NCBI GenBank assembly: GCA_016748015.1
Contig: JAAOMT010000697.1
Span: 690,868 to 754,867 of the forward strand
Origin: Geosiphon pyriformis uo1
Taxonomy: Eukaryota > Fungi > Glomeromycota
Direction of reading: 5' to 3'
DNA: 64,000 nt
The translations under genes and the position numbers were made by a program. Shown one piece after another: positions 40,055 through 52,992 of this stretch. The notes below the pieces were generated by a model. It was given only the letters and a program-made list of their open reading frames with translations. It searched no databases and was not told the DNA's origin. Position 1 is the stretch's first letter. Every line of letters starts with the position of its first letter.

Positions 40055-43000
40055 TTAGATTTGTTTCATTCGTGATAAACCGTCTGCATTTCTATTGTCT
40101 TTTCCTTTTTTATAATGTATAGTATACTTATATGGTGCAAGTGCCATTTTTCATCTTGACTGTCTTCCATCTCCAAATTCTTGTTTTTGAAGTGATGTTA
40201 ATCCTTTGTGATCTGTGTATACCTCAAACTTCTGGCTCAAATATTCTTTCTATTTTATAACTGACCAGTATATTGCTAAGTGTTTTTTTTCTGGTGTTCC
40301 ATAGTTCTTTTCGGCTGGTGTTAAACCTTTGCTGGCATATGCCACTAGATGTTCTCTGCCGTCTGGTCCTCTCTGAGATAGTACTGCTCCTAATGTCTGG
40401 CCGGATGCATCCATGGTGATGATGAATGGTTTGCTGTGATCTGGATAGATCAGTACTGGAGCTTGTATAAGCTTTCTTTTTAGAATATCAAAAGCTTCTT
40501 GTTGACTTTCAGTCCATTCATATTTTGTATCTTTGTTTTGCAGTTGGTTGAGTGGCTGCACTATCTTAGAAAAGTTTTTGATAAAACATCAATAGTAGCT
40601 GGCGAATCTCAAGAATGATTTCAGTTCTGTTATACTGGTCAGCACTAGAAAGTTCTTTACTATTTCTATTTTCTCTGAATCTGTTTTGATGCCATCTTTG
40701 CTGACTATGTGTCCCAAGAATTTTAGTTCTGTCTTGCCGAAGAAGCACTTTGTTGCATTTAACTTTAGTCCTGCTCTTCTTAGTCTTTCGAACACTTGTT
40801 GGAGATAATGAAGATGATTATCAAACGTTTTTGAGAATACATTGGTGTTGTCCAAGTATACAACTACTGATTTCCACAATAAGCCAGTATAAATGATTTC
40901 CATTAACCATTGGAAAGTTGCTGGGGCATTGGTTAAGCTGAATGACATTACTTCAAATTCAAAATTTCTTTTTCTAGTAGTAAATGCTGTCTTTTCTTTG
41001 TCAGCTGAATTTATGGCTACTTGCCAGTAACCACTGTCCAAATCTAATGTTGAGAACCATTTGTTCCCACCAAAAGCATCGAATAATTCCTGTATTTGTG
41101 GAGTTGGATAACTGTCTCCACGAGTTACACCATTGAGTTTCCTGTAGTCTACGCAAAACTGGATTTTTCTATTCTTCTTACAGACAAGTACCACTGAAAA
41201 CAACCATGGACTCATTGATGGTTGAATTAGCCTATTGTCAAGCATTCTGTTTATCTCTTGACAAATGATCTTATGGCTGGTTGGCGGCACTTTGTATGCT
41301 CTTTGTTTGATTGGCATTGCATCTCTAGTCTTGATTTGATGCTGGATGATGTCAGTTTGGCCAAACTCATTTTTGCTGACAAAGATGTTGTTGAAATTGT
41401 TAAGTAATCTCTTGAGCTGCATATATTGGAGTGGATCTAAGTTTCTCATGTTTATTTGTTTCAATTGTTCTGATTGGAGCAAATAACATTTGTTTTGTCC
41501 ATAGATTGTTTGTAATGTAATGTCAACATATCTACAAAGTTGTGGAAAGTCTGGAATGGGGTTTGGTGGTTGGTCTTCTATTTCTGTGGTTAAATATCTG
41601 ATGGTGGTTTCTTCTGGTATGTTGATAACATTGTCAGTGTTGTTGTAGATGGGAATTTTTATGCTACTATAGCTTTTGGCTGGTATGTGGAGATTGATCA
41701 ACCCAATCTCTTCTGATTCACAAAGGTTTGCTTCAGCTTCAAAAATTTGTCTTTGCTCTTTTTCTTTCTTTTCTATTGCTAGCATGTACTGGTTATATGG
41801 TGGAATAGAAATAGCTTGACCGGTTGAGATAATTTTTCCTTGGCCAACAATTTCTTCTTCCGCTATATTAACTGATACATCTATTCTACCTGTTGATCTG
41901 AATCCCTATATTCCTTTCGCTGTTATTTCTAATTTCTCTCTCTTTCCTACTAATACTAACTGAGCTACTCTAACCAGAGGCAGGAATATTGCCTGTGCTA
42001 TTTTTTCATTGGGCTCTATTATGTAGGTTTTTTCTGAGTCATTCTGTAGCATAGTAATGATATTTTCTATATATTCCGCATCAATTATTCCTTCTCTTAT
42101 ATTGATCTTTCTTTTCACTAAACTACTCTTAGATGCTAATTGAACCATTGTTGTTGCCGGAATTTCTAGTGCTATTTTCAAATCAATGCAGGTGCATGAA
42201 TGCAGTTCCAATTTGATGGCATCTTTTCCTGGATATCTCAGATCAAACCCTGTGTCCATATTATGTGCACATTCTGGCATAATACCCTCTCCATTGTCAC
42301 TATACCATTTCAACTCTTGTTTCTTGGAGAGATCTGATAGTGCAATGTATTGTTTATGGTTTAAATTGGAGTTTGAATCTGAGTTGGAATCATTTTTGTT
42401 GTTATTGTCATTTTGAATGGAGCTAGAACTGATGTTTTTATTGTCGTCATTGGAGTCTGGATTGCAATTGATCAGCAATTCTGATTTTGATGCACAGCTG
42501 CTGATTGGTTCTTCTTCTTCAGGGATCAAGTAGATCATGCGTGATGGTAGATTGTAAAGGAGGTCACAATTGTTACAATATTCAAAGTCACTGGGAATTA
42601 AACAATAGCAATACAGTCTTGTATTCAACTGTGTTAGCCGTTGTTCTTGCTTTTCTTTAGTGGGTGCCAAGTTTTGGTAGTGTTCATGGAACTCTTCGGG
42701 TTCTAGAGAATTTATGGCTGGCTCTGCATCCCAGTCAAGCTCGATGGGTTCTGATAGGTTGTTTTTGATTTTTCTGATCTCTTTGGGTGTCGCTCCTTCT
42801 ATTTTGGTGATTGCCATTCTCCACAATTTGTCGTCGTCATGTGGACAACTGTCCAGTCACTGCACAGCTCTTCTCCAGACCACTTCTATTGGGGTTCCTT
42901 TCCTTATCCAGTTGCTTATTAGAATCATGTATTGACATGATACATTGCACGTTCCTCCATGTCCTGAGATGTCGTTCCACATTTCTTCATCTAGTAGGGT

Positions 43001-46000
43001 CTCCCCACAAGCGAGACAAAGTTGGTTATTCCATTTTTCTTGCCTTTTTGGTTGTCCAAAGCATTCAAGTAAGCATGAACGACAGTAAAACTTTGTTGTA
43101 GTGTGGTATTCTTCATTATCACCACAGCATGTGCCCATTGATGACAGTTTCTTGCCGCAATTGATGCATACCAGTCTTGGCTGTTGATAATTGAATTGTT
43201 GTGAAGTGTAGTGGGTGTAAGAATTGTAACTGTTAGTCGTTGGTGGCATTCCTTCTTCCTTTTCTTTTCCCTTTCTTTTATCTTCGTTCCATTCCCAACT
43301 TGAGGCTTCTTCTTGTTCATTATCAGTCCAAGTCAGATTGTTGGTTTCCCAGGTAAGTTCCTCTCTTTGCTTTTCCTTGGGGTTGTCGTCTCATAATAGT
43401 ACTGGCAGTAGCTCGTAGTGGTCTTTGTCATTGGTCCAAGTGTCAATGGTGGTTTCACAGATAGGTTCTTTTCCTTGCTCCTCTTTTCCATTGTTATTGT
43501 CGTCTCAGGTGAGTATTAGCGGCAGTTCATTGTGATCAGCATCAGTCCACAAGACTTGGTAAGTTTCTCAAATAGGTTTCTCTTTTTCCTCCTCCAGTTT
43601 GATCAATAGTTTTTCTCTTGGAGGAGTCTTGAAATGGCCACACGTGGCTGGTACACGTATGTGTTGGCCCTGATATGTTAGCTGGAGTTCCTGGATGTTC
43701 CAGTTTAACATCGCATTGACTTTGGATAGCCAGTCATTACCAATGAGAGCTTGGTATTGAGTGGCTTTCATCACTAGAACTTTAATGGGAGTCACAATGC
43801 CATTGACTTTGAAAGAGAAGTCATCAATTTTGCCAATTGGAGTTTTGGTCATTCCATCAGCTGTGATAATTCTGGCACTGGCAGCTTGATCAACTCGGCG
43901 ACCTAATTGATTCATGAGTTGTTGTGTAATGATACTGCCTGCTGAACTGCTATCAAGGATCAATTTAATGAATTGACCATCAACTTTAGCATTTGTGTAC
44001 ATCGCGGTGATGCGTTTTTCATTAAGAGCGGCTCCATTAAATAATGGTGTACTTGATGGTTCTTTGATCTCGAATGGGAAGATGGCGGCTAGTAATTTGT
44101 CATTGGTGACTGTTGCTGGCGGAATATTGCTAGTAAGTGTTTGTTGTTTTTGGGTGGGTTCTTGGTTGCTAGTTAAGGCGTCTTCTGAGGTAACCAGGAG
44201 ACTTAAATAGTGTTGGAAAGTCGAGTTTTGGGTGGTGTCTGTACCTGAATTCCAAAAATGGGGTCCTAAGCTCTGGTGAGAAGAGCTGGAGACCAGTTGA
44301 TGAACAACTATTGCCGATCTCTAATTTTGAGCAATTCTGGATCTTGGGTTTCCTGATGTCATCGTAGCTGAGTTTTGGAGTAGTGTTTGGATTGATGGTT
44401 GAAACCGATAAATTATTTGGGGCTGCGGCTGATAAATTACTGGAGGCTGCTGTTGATAAATTGCCAGTGGCTGCGGTTGATAAACTGAAAGTTGATATAC
44501 TGGCAGTTGATAGATTGGTTGCTGCATCATTGGCAGATAAGTATTTTGATATTGGTCTTAATCTTGATTTGGATAATGATTCGGAGTTTGAAACCAGTGA
44601 TCAGAATTTCTGTATTGATTTCCCAATTATTGGTTGCTATAAGTATGGCAATTAACTCAAATATGGCTTTGTTTACTATAGTTGTGGCAGACATGCATTT
44701 CCGGCTGCCACAATAGACTATGTGTGGTTGAAGATGATGACCATGATTGATTTTGGAAATGATTTGCGTTTCCTGAATTATGGCGTTATTGTGGTGTTTG
44801 ATATATGGCACGATTGTCAGCTAAGTATATCTCTAGTTTCTGATTAATTGACTCACTGAATTGTTTCAGTTTGGAATCCAATTTAGATGATCTATTCATT
44901 ACTAGGTTTACTGCTTGAACGTGGTTGGCTTCTAACTCAGCTGCTTCAAAATCTCTGGCATGTGTAACTGCAATAGGGAGATCAACTAGATGCATTGGGC
45001 ATACTCGCTGAAGGAGATTACTGCACAAACCTCTAATAAATTGGTTTAAAATCTGTGACGCTGTAAAATAGTCAGCTTGAATTGCTTGAATCTGGTGTAG
45101 ATTTCTATGGAAGCATCCTAAGTAAGTGGTGACTGCTTCAGTATTTTTTTGTTTAATGGTGGTGAAAAAGTTGGCTAACTTGTTGATACTATTATTGTTG
45201 CTGAAATATCTTACGAATTTCATCTTGAAGTCATTAAAGTTTTGGGGTTTGACAGCTAAACTTTGATATCATGCATCCATGGTGTTCTTTAGAAAGTATG
45301 GGATGGCTTGAAGTGCTCGGGTGTTATTTCATCCATTCACAGTAATGGCTTTCTCTATGTCATTTAGCCATACTTGTGCGTCATCTTCTTCACCAGTAAA
45401 GTTGTCAAGTTTTGTGATTGGTGCATAGGCCATTGGATCTAAGTTGGGTGGTTGTGGTGGCTGTTGAAGTGGTTGTTGTTGTACTGGTTGTTGGGGTGGT
45501 AGTTGAAATGGCTGTTGTATGAGTTTGGCTACTGGATTAATCGGGGGTTGATCGATGATAAGTTTTGCTGATTACTTAATTCAGGGTTTAGATTGTTCTG
45601 CCTTTGATGATTCGGAGTTTCAATTTCCAAATTTTCTAAATTTAGACTTTGCTGAGCTTGAATATTCAGGGTTTCAACTTCCGGGTTTTCAGTGATCAGG
45701 TTTTAGTAAGTAAATTCTTGATTTTTCAATTCTTTTTTCTCTTCTTCTTCAGATAGTTCTTACAGGGTAGCAATTCCAAAGTCTGGTTGAGGTGGTGGTA
45801 ATCGAATTCCTGATGGAGTTGGTGATCATGATTTAAATTCTTCAAAATATGCTTTGTATGGTCCTAGTAAATCTTCTTTCCATTGTTTGCTTTGGAACTG
45901 GAATCTTCCAACTGTTAATGTCATATTTGAGGTGGATGCGTCTGCTGATGAGATGTTAATGGCGCTTCCAAATGTGTAGTGATATAATGAAGCAGTTGGT

Positions 46001-46398
46001 GATTCTACTCTGTGCTTCTTCCAACTAGGTAACTGTATTTCTTTTGGTGTTGCTGCTGGTGTTTGTATTCTTCCTTTACCTTTGTCTGCATAGGTAATAG
46101 AAAATTGTTGTTGAGTGTATTTTTCAATAGTCTGGTTGATTTCTCTGATTATTGGTACAAAACTATAGTTCCTTGGTAAGTTGGTGTGTTGGAATAATTC
46201 TGTGTAAAAGTTTTCTCTTGCTGCTTCAATGTTAACTGTTCCTTCTAAGCATTTAGTGATTCTGTTGTTAACATAAAAGTTGAAGGCTGATTCGGCTGGG
46301 TAATAATTACTGTTTAATCTTAATTGTTGGCTGTATTGTTGAAACAAGAATTTCACAAATCCTAAATGGTTTGCTCCTATATTTTCTGATTCTGCTAC
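40055..46398 (-). pseudogene. E5 Gag-PR-Cys-rich-dUTPase-RT-RNase H polyprotein
   Basis: ORFs from 45223 down to 40250 all share one frame: capsid, LILDSSSAGSII, CINCGKK..CLACGE, dUTPase, RT (FCVDYRKLN, LDLDSGYWQV, YLDNT), RNase H. Confidence 0.93.
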
Positions 46399-46457
46399 AT
46401 TTAGATTTGGGTTGGTGCTGGTTTTTTGTAGAATTATATCTCACAGAGAGCACCAAA

Positions 46458-47308
46458 TGTTATAGGGGATTATTTCTGCTGTTGAAGTAAATAACAAAAC
46501 TCATAACTTGGTGCTCAAAAACTACTTCCATTGATGAGATTCTGTGAGCATTGTATCTGAAAGTTTTGATGGAGTCTTTTGTATAATGGACAGAGATTCA
46601 ATAATTGTTTTATCCATAGCTTCCCAGACTCGCAAGTCTGTCAATTTTTTTCTCAGCTTGGTGGCCGGCAATTCTCTGGTAAGTAATCCGTATTTTCTGC
46701 ACGTGTCCTACTCTTTCGCAGGAGTCTTTTACCAAGCAATCCTTGACGTCAATAATCAGCACTTTTCAATCAATTGGTTAGTGCACAATAATAAATCAAA
46801 ATAAAATAAAGAAAAAATAAAAGAAAAATAAAAAAAGAAAAGAAATAAGCCAAGGCAATTTGCAGATTAGTATCTTATCAATAGCCATGATCAAGAGCTA
46901 TTGTTCCAGTGTGGTTAAGTATCACTTATTATCAACATGAAGTGTTGATAGTGAAGAGTGGATTGAGATATAGAATAATTATTTATTTGATGATTTTGTT
47001 TCTAGACTAAGGATTCTGTGATATCAATTCTGTCTTTTCTGTTTCTAATACTACTGCTATATATACATAATTGGGATTTCTCAATTCCTCAATTCTTCAT
47101 AACAGGAATCCTGGAATTTCTGGAATCCTGCGATTCCTTTGAGAGGAATCTTGGAATTCTGGAATCCTGCAATTCCTTATCGGGGAATTCTGAAATTCCT
47201 GGAATCCTGCAATTCCTGAGAAGAATTCTGGAATTTCACATTTACTATGCTTACTTCTGATTGGCTAATAATTATGCTAATATATTTCCTATATTTCTAT
47301 GAATAACA
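46458..47308 (-). repeat. E5 5' LTR
   Basis: Colinear with 37150-37912, with more U3 repeat units; PBS adjacent. Confidence 0.92.
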
Positions 47309-47312
47309 ACAA

Positions 47313-50094
47313 TGATGAAATTTGGAGAATGGCAATTAGCAAAATAGAAGAAGTGATACCCAAAGAGATTAGAGAAATCAAAAACAACCCACCAGAACCC
47401 ATTGAGCTTAACTGAGATGCAGAGCCAGTCATAAATTTTCTGAAACCAGAAGAGTTTCATGAACACTACCAGAACTTGGCACTTACTAGAGAAGAGCAAG
47501 AACAACGGCTAGCACAATTGAATACAAGACTGTGTCGCCATTGTTTAATTCTCAGTGACTTTGAATATTGTAACAATTGTGACCTTATTTACAATCCACC
47601 ACCACACATGATCTACACAATCCCCAAAGAGAAAGAACCAATCAGTAGCTGCACATCGGAGTTGGAATTGCTGCTCAATCCCAATTCAAACCCTAACAAT
47701 GATAACAACAAGAATAATGGTTCCAGTTCTATTCAAAATAGCAATAACAATAACAACAATATCAACTCAGATTCAAACTTTGACTCAAACTATGAACAAT
47801 ATATCGCACTTCCTGATCTTACCAAAGAACAAGAACTGAAATGGTTCAGTAATAATAATAAAGATATTATGCCAGAACGTGCGCACGATACTGATGCAGA
47901 ATTTGATCTGAGATATCTGGGAACAGAAGCCATTAAATTGGAACCACATATGCACACTTGCATTGATTTGAAAATAGTACTGGAAATTCTAGCAACAACA
48001 ATGGTTCAATTAGCATTTAGGAGTAGTTTAACAAAAAGAGAGATTAATATAAGAGGAGAAATAATTGATGTAGAATATGTGAGAAATATCATCGCTATGC
48101 TACAAAATGACTCAAACAAGGCCTATATAATAGAACTGAACAAAAAAATAGCACAGGCAATATTCTTACCTTTGGTTAAAATAGCTCAGTTAGTACCAGT
48201 GAGAAACAGGGAAGAGTTAGGAATAACAGCAAGAGGGATACAGGGATTTGGGTCAACAGGTAGAATAGATGTACCAGTTAATATAGCAGAGAAAAAAATT
48301 GTTGGCCAAGAAGAAATTATCTCAACCGGTTAAGCTATTTCCATTTTACCATATAGCCAGTACATGCTAGCAATAGAAAAGAAGGAAAAAGAGCAAGAAC
48401 AGATTTTTGAAGCTGAAACAAGCCTTTGTGAATCAGAAGAGATTGGACTAATCAATCTCCACATACCAGCCAAAAGCTATAGCCACATAAAAATTCCCAT
48501 TTACAACAACACTGGCAATATCATCAACATATTAGAAGAAACCACCATCAGATATTTAACCACAAAAATAGAAAACCAACCACCAAACCCTATTCCAGAC
48601 TTTTCACAACTTTGTGAATATGTCGACATCATATCACAAACAATCTATGGATGAGACAAATGTTATTTATTCCAACCAGAACAATTGGAACAAATGAACA
48701 TGGAAAACTTAGATCCACTTTAATGTATGCAGCTTAAGATGTTGCTCAACAATTTCAAAGATATTTTTGCCAGTGAAAACGAGTTTGGCTGAACTGACAT
48801 CATCCAGCATCAGATCAAGACTGAAAATACAATGCCAATCAAATAAAGAGCATACAGAGTGCTGCCAGCCAGCCACGAGATTATTTGTCAAGAGATAAAC
48901 TGAATGCTTGACAATGGGCTAATTCAACCATCAATGAGCCCATGGTCGTCACCAGTAGTACTTGTTCATAAAAAGAATAGGAAAATCCGATTTTGTGTGG
49001 ACTATAGAAAACTCAACAGTGTAACTCATAGAGACAGCTATCCAATTCCATGAATACAAAAATTATTTGACACTTTTGGTGGGAACAAATGGTTCTCAAC
49101 ATTAGACTTAGACAGTGGTTATTGGCAAATAACCATGAATTCAGCTAACAAAGAGAAGACAGCATTCACCACTAGAGAAGAGAATTTTGAATTTGAAGTG
49201 ATGTCATTTGGCTTAACCAATGCCCCAGTCACTTTCCAACAGCTAATGAAAATTGTTTATACTGGCTTATTGTGGAAATCAGTAGTTGTATACTTGGATG
49301 ACACCAATGTATTCTCAAAAACATTTAATGATCACCTTCATCATCTTTAATAAGTGTTCGAAAGATTAAAAAGAGCAGAACTAAAGTTAAATGCAACAAA
49401 GTGCTTCTTTGGCAAAACAGAACTAAAATTCTTAGGACACATAGTCAGTAAAGACGGCATCAAGATGGATCCAGAGAAAATAGAGATAGTAAAAAACTTT
49501 CCAGTACCAACCAATGTGACTGAATTGAAATCATTCTTGGAATTTGTGAGCTATTATTAATGCTTTATAAAGAACTTTTCAAAGATAGCTCAACCACTCA
49601 ATAATCTGCAAACCAAGAATACCAAATATAAATAGACAGAAAGTCAACAAGAAGCTTTTGATATTCTGAAAAGAAAGCTCATTCAAGCTCCAGTACTGAT
49701 CTACTCAGATTACAACAAACCATTCATCATTACTACTGATGCATCAGGCCAAGCATTGGAAGCAGTACTATCTCAAAAGGGACCAGACGGCAGAGAATAT
49801 CCAGTAGCATATGCCAGCCGAGGTCTAACACCAGCCAAAAAGAACTATGGAACACCAAAACTAGAATATTTAGCAATCTATTGGGCAGTCATGAAGTGGA
49901 ACAAATACTTGAGCCAAAAGTTTGATATATACACGGATCATAAAGGGTTAACATCACTTCAAAAGCAAGAATTTAATAACGGCCGTCAATCCAGATAGAA
50001 AATGACACTATCATGATATACTTATACTATACACTATAAGAAAAGAAAAAACAATGGAAATGCTAACAGTTTGTTGTGAATAAGACAAATCTAA
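47313..50094 (+). pseudogene. pol: E4 Cys-rich-dUTPase-RT-RNase H, 3' part
   Basis: PERAHDTDAEFDL, FRSSL, IIDVEY, KIAQAIF, ARGIQGFGSTG; VVYLDDTNVF. Confidence 0.9.
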
Positions 50095-50154
50095 GAACAT
50101 TTCAACCCAAAAATATAACAAAACCAGAACAATACCAACAAAAAATAACAAAAA

Positions 50155-51537
50155 ATAAACATACAAAAATATTAACAACTCCAACATTATATAAACACTC
50201 AACAGTTTAAGGAGAATTTATCTTAAATGGAATGAAAGAGTATCAAACAACAATCAAAATATTTTATCATTCACCAAAATATACTTTATCAGAAAAATAG
50301 GAGGAATCCAGATCAGCCAACCAGAGTAATTACAGAGCCAGAAAAAGAGACAATATTATTCAACATGCACTCAAATCCAACAGCTGGACATTTTCACAAA
50401 AAAGCAACCATGGAAAGAACCAGAAAAAGATACTATTGGCCATTAATATATCCAGATATCATCCAGTATGTTCAAAATTGTGACGCTTGTCAGCAAAGAG
50501 GAGGAACAAAACCCAGTGAACCGTTAAGACTAATCAAAGTGGGACAATTATTCGACCAGATTGGAATTGATTTAGTCAGACCATTAACAATCTCCAGCAG
50601 AGGAAACAGATATATAGCAGTAGCCATGAACTATCTCACTAAATGGCCAGAGGTGAAAGCAATTCAAAGAACAGATGCAAAATCCATTGCCGAATTCATT
50701 CATCAAGATTTAATTTGTAGACACAGATGTCCAAAAGAATTATTATCAGACCAAGAAACTCATTTTGTGAACAAAACATTAACAGAATTGAGCCAAAGAT
50801 TCAGAATTAAGAGACCATTATCATCACTATATCATCCACAAACCAATGGATTAGTTGAAAGATTCAACAGAACATTGTGTGAAGCAATTGCCAAACTCAG
50901 CCAAGAAAACCAGGACAAATGGGATTTGTTCATACCATCAGTATTATTTGCTTATTGGACAATAAAGCAAGATACTATACAAGCAACACCATTTAAATTA
51001 GTATATGGTAAAACAGCAACATTACCAGTAGAGAGAGAAATTAATACATATCTAGCTGAACCAATAACAGAAGAAAATTTTCAAGAAACATTGCTGAGAA
51101 GAACATATGACTTAATAGAAACATTGGAAAACAAACAAAGAAGAGCAGCTGATAATATTCAAAAGTCACAAGAGAAACAGAAAGAAAGACATGATAGTCA
51201 ACTATTAGATAAACCAGTTGAATTCAAGATTGGAAGCAAAGTACTCTTATATTATACCAAAGCGGAAAAACAATGGAGTAGAAAATTCGACCCCAAATGG
51301 AATGGACTATTTCACATAGAAAAGATTCTAGGAAATGGAGCTTACAAATTAAAACTGGATAACAAAATTTTAACCAAAGCAGCACATGGAGATTGACTGA
51401 AGTTATATTGCAACATCACACTACCATCTACCAGTAATATTCCACAATTAGGAGTACAAAGAATACTAGTCCAACCAGATGAGATTTCACAAGATCTGGA
51501 ACCAATTGTTATTATTGACAACAACACGTTAAATTGA
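50155..51537 (+). pseudogene. int: E4 integrase
   Basis: 343-aa ORF 50365-51396 with HHCC, D-D-E and KWNGLFHI. Confidence 0.93.
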
Positions 51538-51561
51538 TTCAGCAAAAGAATATATAAAAAC

Positions 51562-52220
51562 ATGGTAGACGTGACAGGAAATATCAGAAAATGGAAATTA
51601 TGGACAACATTCACTCACTAGCATAACAACTCTTTCAATTGATCCAACACTAGGAAATGGAGATTACAATCAATCAACAAACCATTCAATATCAAGATAT
51701 TAGAAAGACATTGCAACCCAGAACACAGAAGAAAACTGAAAATATAGTGGACAAAATCATTGTGAAAGTAAAATTAGCAATAAGAGAGTTGACAAAAGAG
51801 GCACTATATCAAGAGTTGACTAAAGAAACTTGGAATTGGTGAATACAAAAATTTTCAAGAAACTATTGTTATTTTTACTTGGGACAACACATAAATATTC
51901 AGAATCTATATATGGATAAAACAAAGCAATTATTTGACAAAAGAATACTACAACAATTAGAACATTTTGTGGAAAAGAACAACTTATTCACATAAGTCTG
52001 AGCCATATACTGAATACACACAGTATTTCAGGATAGACCAGAAATATTACTCAACAAAGCAATGGATATGGTTACCAGTAATCAATTGGGAAAGATCACC
52101 AATGCTCAATTTGAAGAATTACAGACCCAAATAACACAAGTAATTCTCGAAAACAAAATTCAGGAAATACTTCAAGAGAGAAAATTAAACGAGTTAGATT
52201 TTGATGGAGCTCAATATTAA
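51562..52220 (+). pseudogene. E4 accessory 3' ORF
   Basis: MVDVTGNIRKMEIMDNIH...LDFDGAQY*. Confidence 0.75.
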
Positions 52221-52233
52221 AAGGAGGAAATAA

Positions 52234-52988
52234 TGTTACTCATAGAAATATAGGAAATATATTAGCATGATTAGTATCCAATCAAAAGTAGGTGTAGTAA
52301 ATGTAGAATTCCAGGATTCCTATTTCCCGATGAGGAATTGCAAGATTCCAGAATTCCAGGATTTCTCTCAAAGGAATTGCAGGATTTCAGGAATTTCAGG
52401 ATTTCTGTTGTGAAGAATCGAGGAATTGAGAAATCTTAATTATGTATATATAGCAGCAGGATTAGAAGCTGAAAGGAGGGACCTCTCAGTTTAGATTTAA
52501 TCTAAGCAACCTGATACTTAACCACGTTGGAACAATAGCTTTTGATCATGACTATTAACAAGATACTAACTTACCAAATTGCCTTGGCTTATTTTTATCA
52601 TCATTATTTTTTTTATTTTATTTCTTTCTTTCTTTGATTCTGTTGTGCTTACTAATTGATTGAGGATTAAAAGTGCTGAGTTATTGACATCATGGATAGC
52701 CTGGTAAAAGACCCAGAAATAAGGGTAGATTTATATATATTATTAATTAGCTTACCAGAAGGGCATAACTGCCAGAATAAATCTGACCACCAAGCTGAGA
52801 AAAAAATTGGGAAACAACTGACAACAAATGACGAATTGCCACACTATCAAATCTCTGTCCATTATACAAAAAACTCTATCAAAACCTTTAGATACAACAC
52901 TTTCAGAATATTATTGACGGAAATAACTTTTGAGCACCAAGTTATGGGTATTATTTAATTCAAGACTCCAAATAATTCAACTATAACA
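52234..52988 (+). repeat. E4 3' LTR, lacking the AATAAA and first-hairpin segment
   Basis: TGTTACTCATAG...CTATAACA; GCAACC is joined directly to TGATACTT near 52511. Confidence 0.92.
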
Positions 52989-52992
52989 CCGT

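Larger units (their letters stand above)
37150..47308 (-). mobile_element. Ty3/Gypsy element E5 (family A), full length and uninterrupted, innermost of the nest (10.16 kb)
   Basis: LTRs 46458-47308 and 37150-37912, PBS 46440-46457, PPT 37913-37928, TSD ATGA/ACAA. Confidence 0.95.
32990..52988 (+). mobile_element. Ty3/Gypsy element E4 (family A), complete; own sequence 32990-37149 and 47309-52988; interrupted by E5
   Basis: Paired LTRs, TSD CTAT/CCGT, PBS 33774-33792, PPT 52219-52233; frame rejoins as CPHD|DDEIWRM. Confidence 0.94.

Noticed and set aside
51300-51537. Chromodomain at the integrase C-terminus
   Set aside because: Only a short P/I-rich tail follows the GPF/Y region; no aromatic-cage pattern
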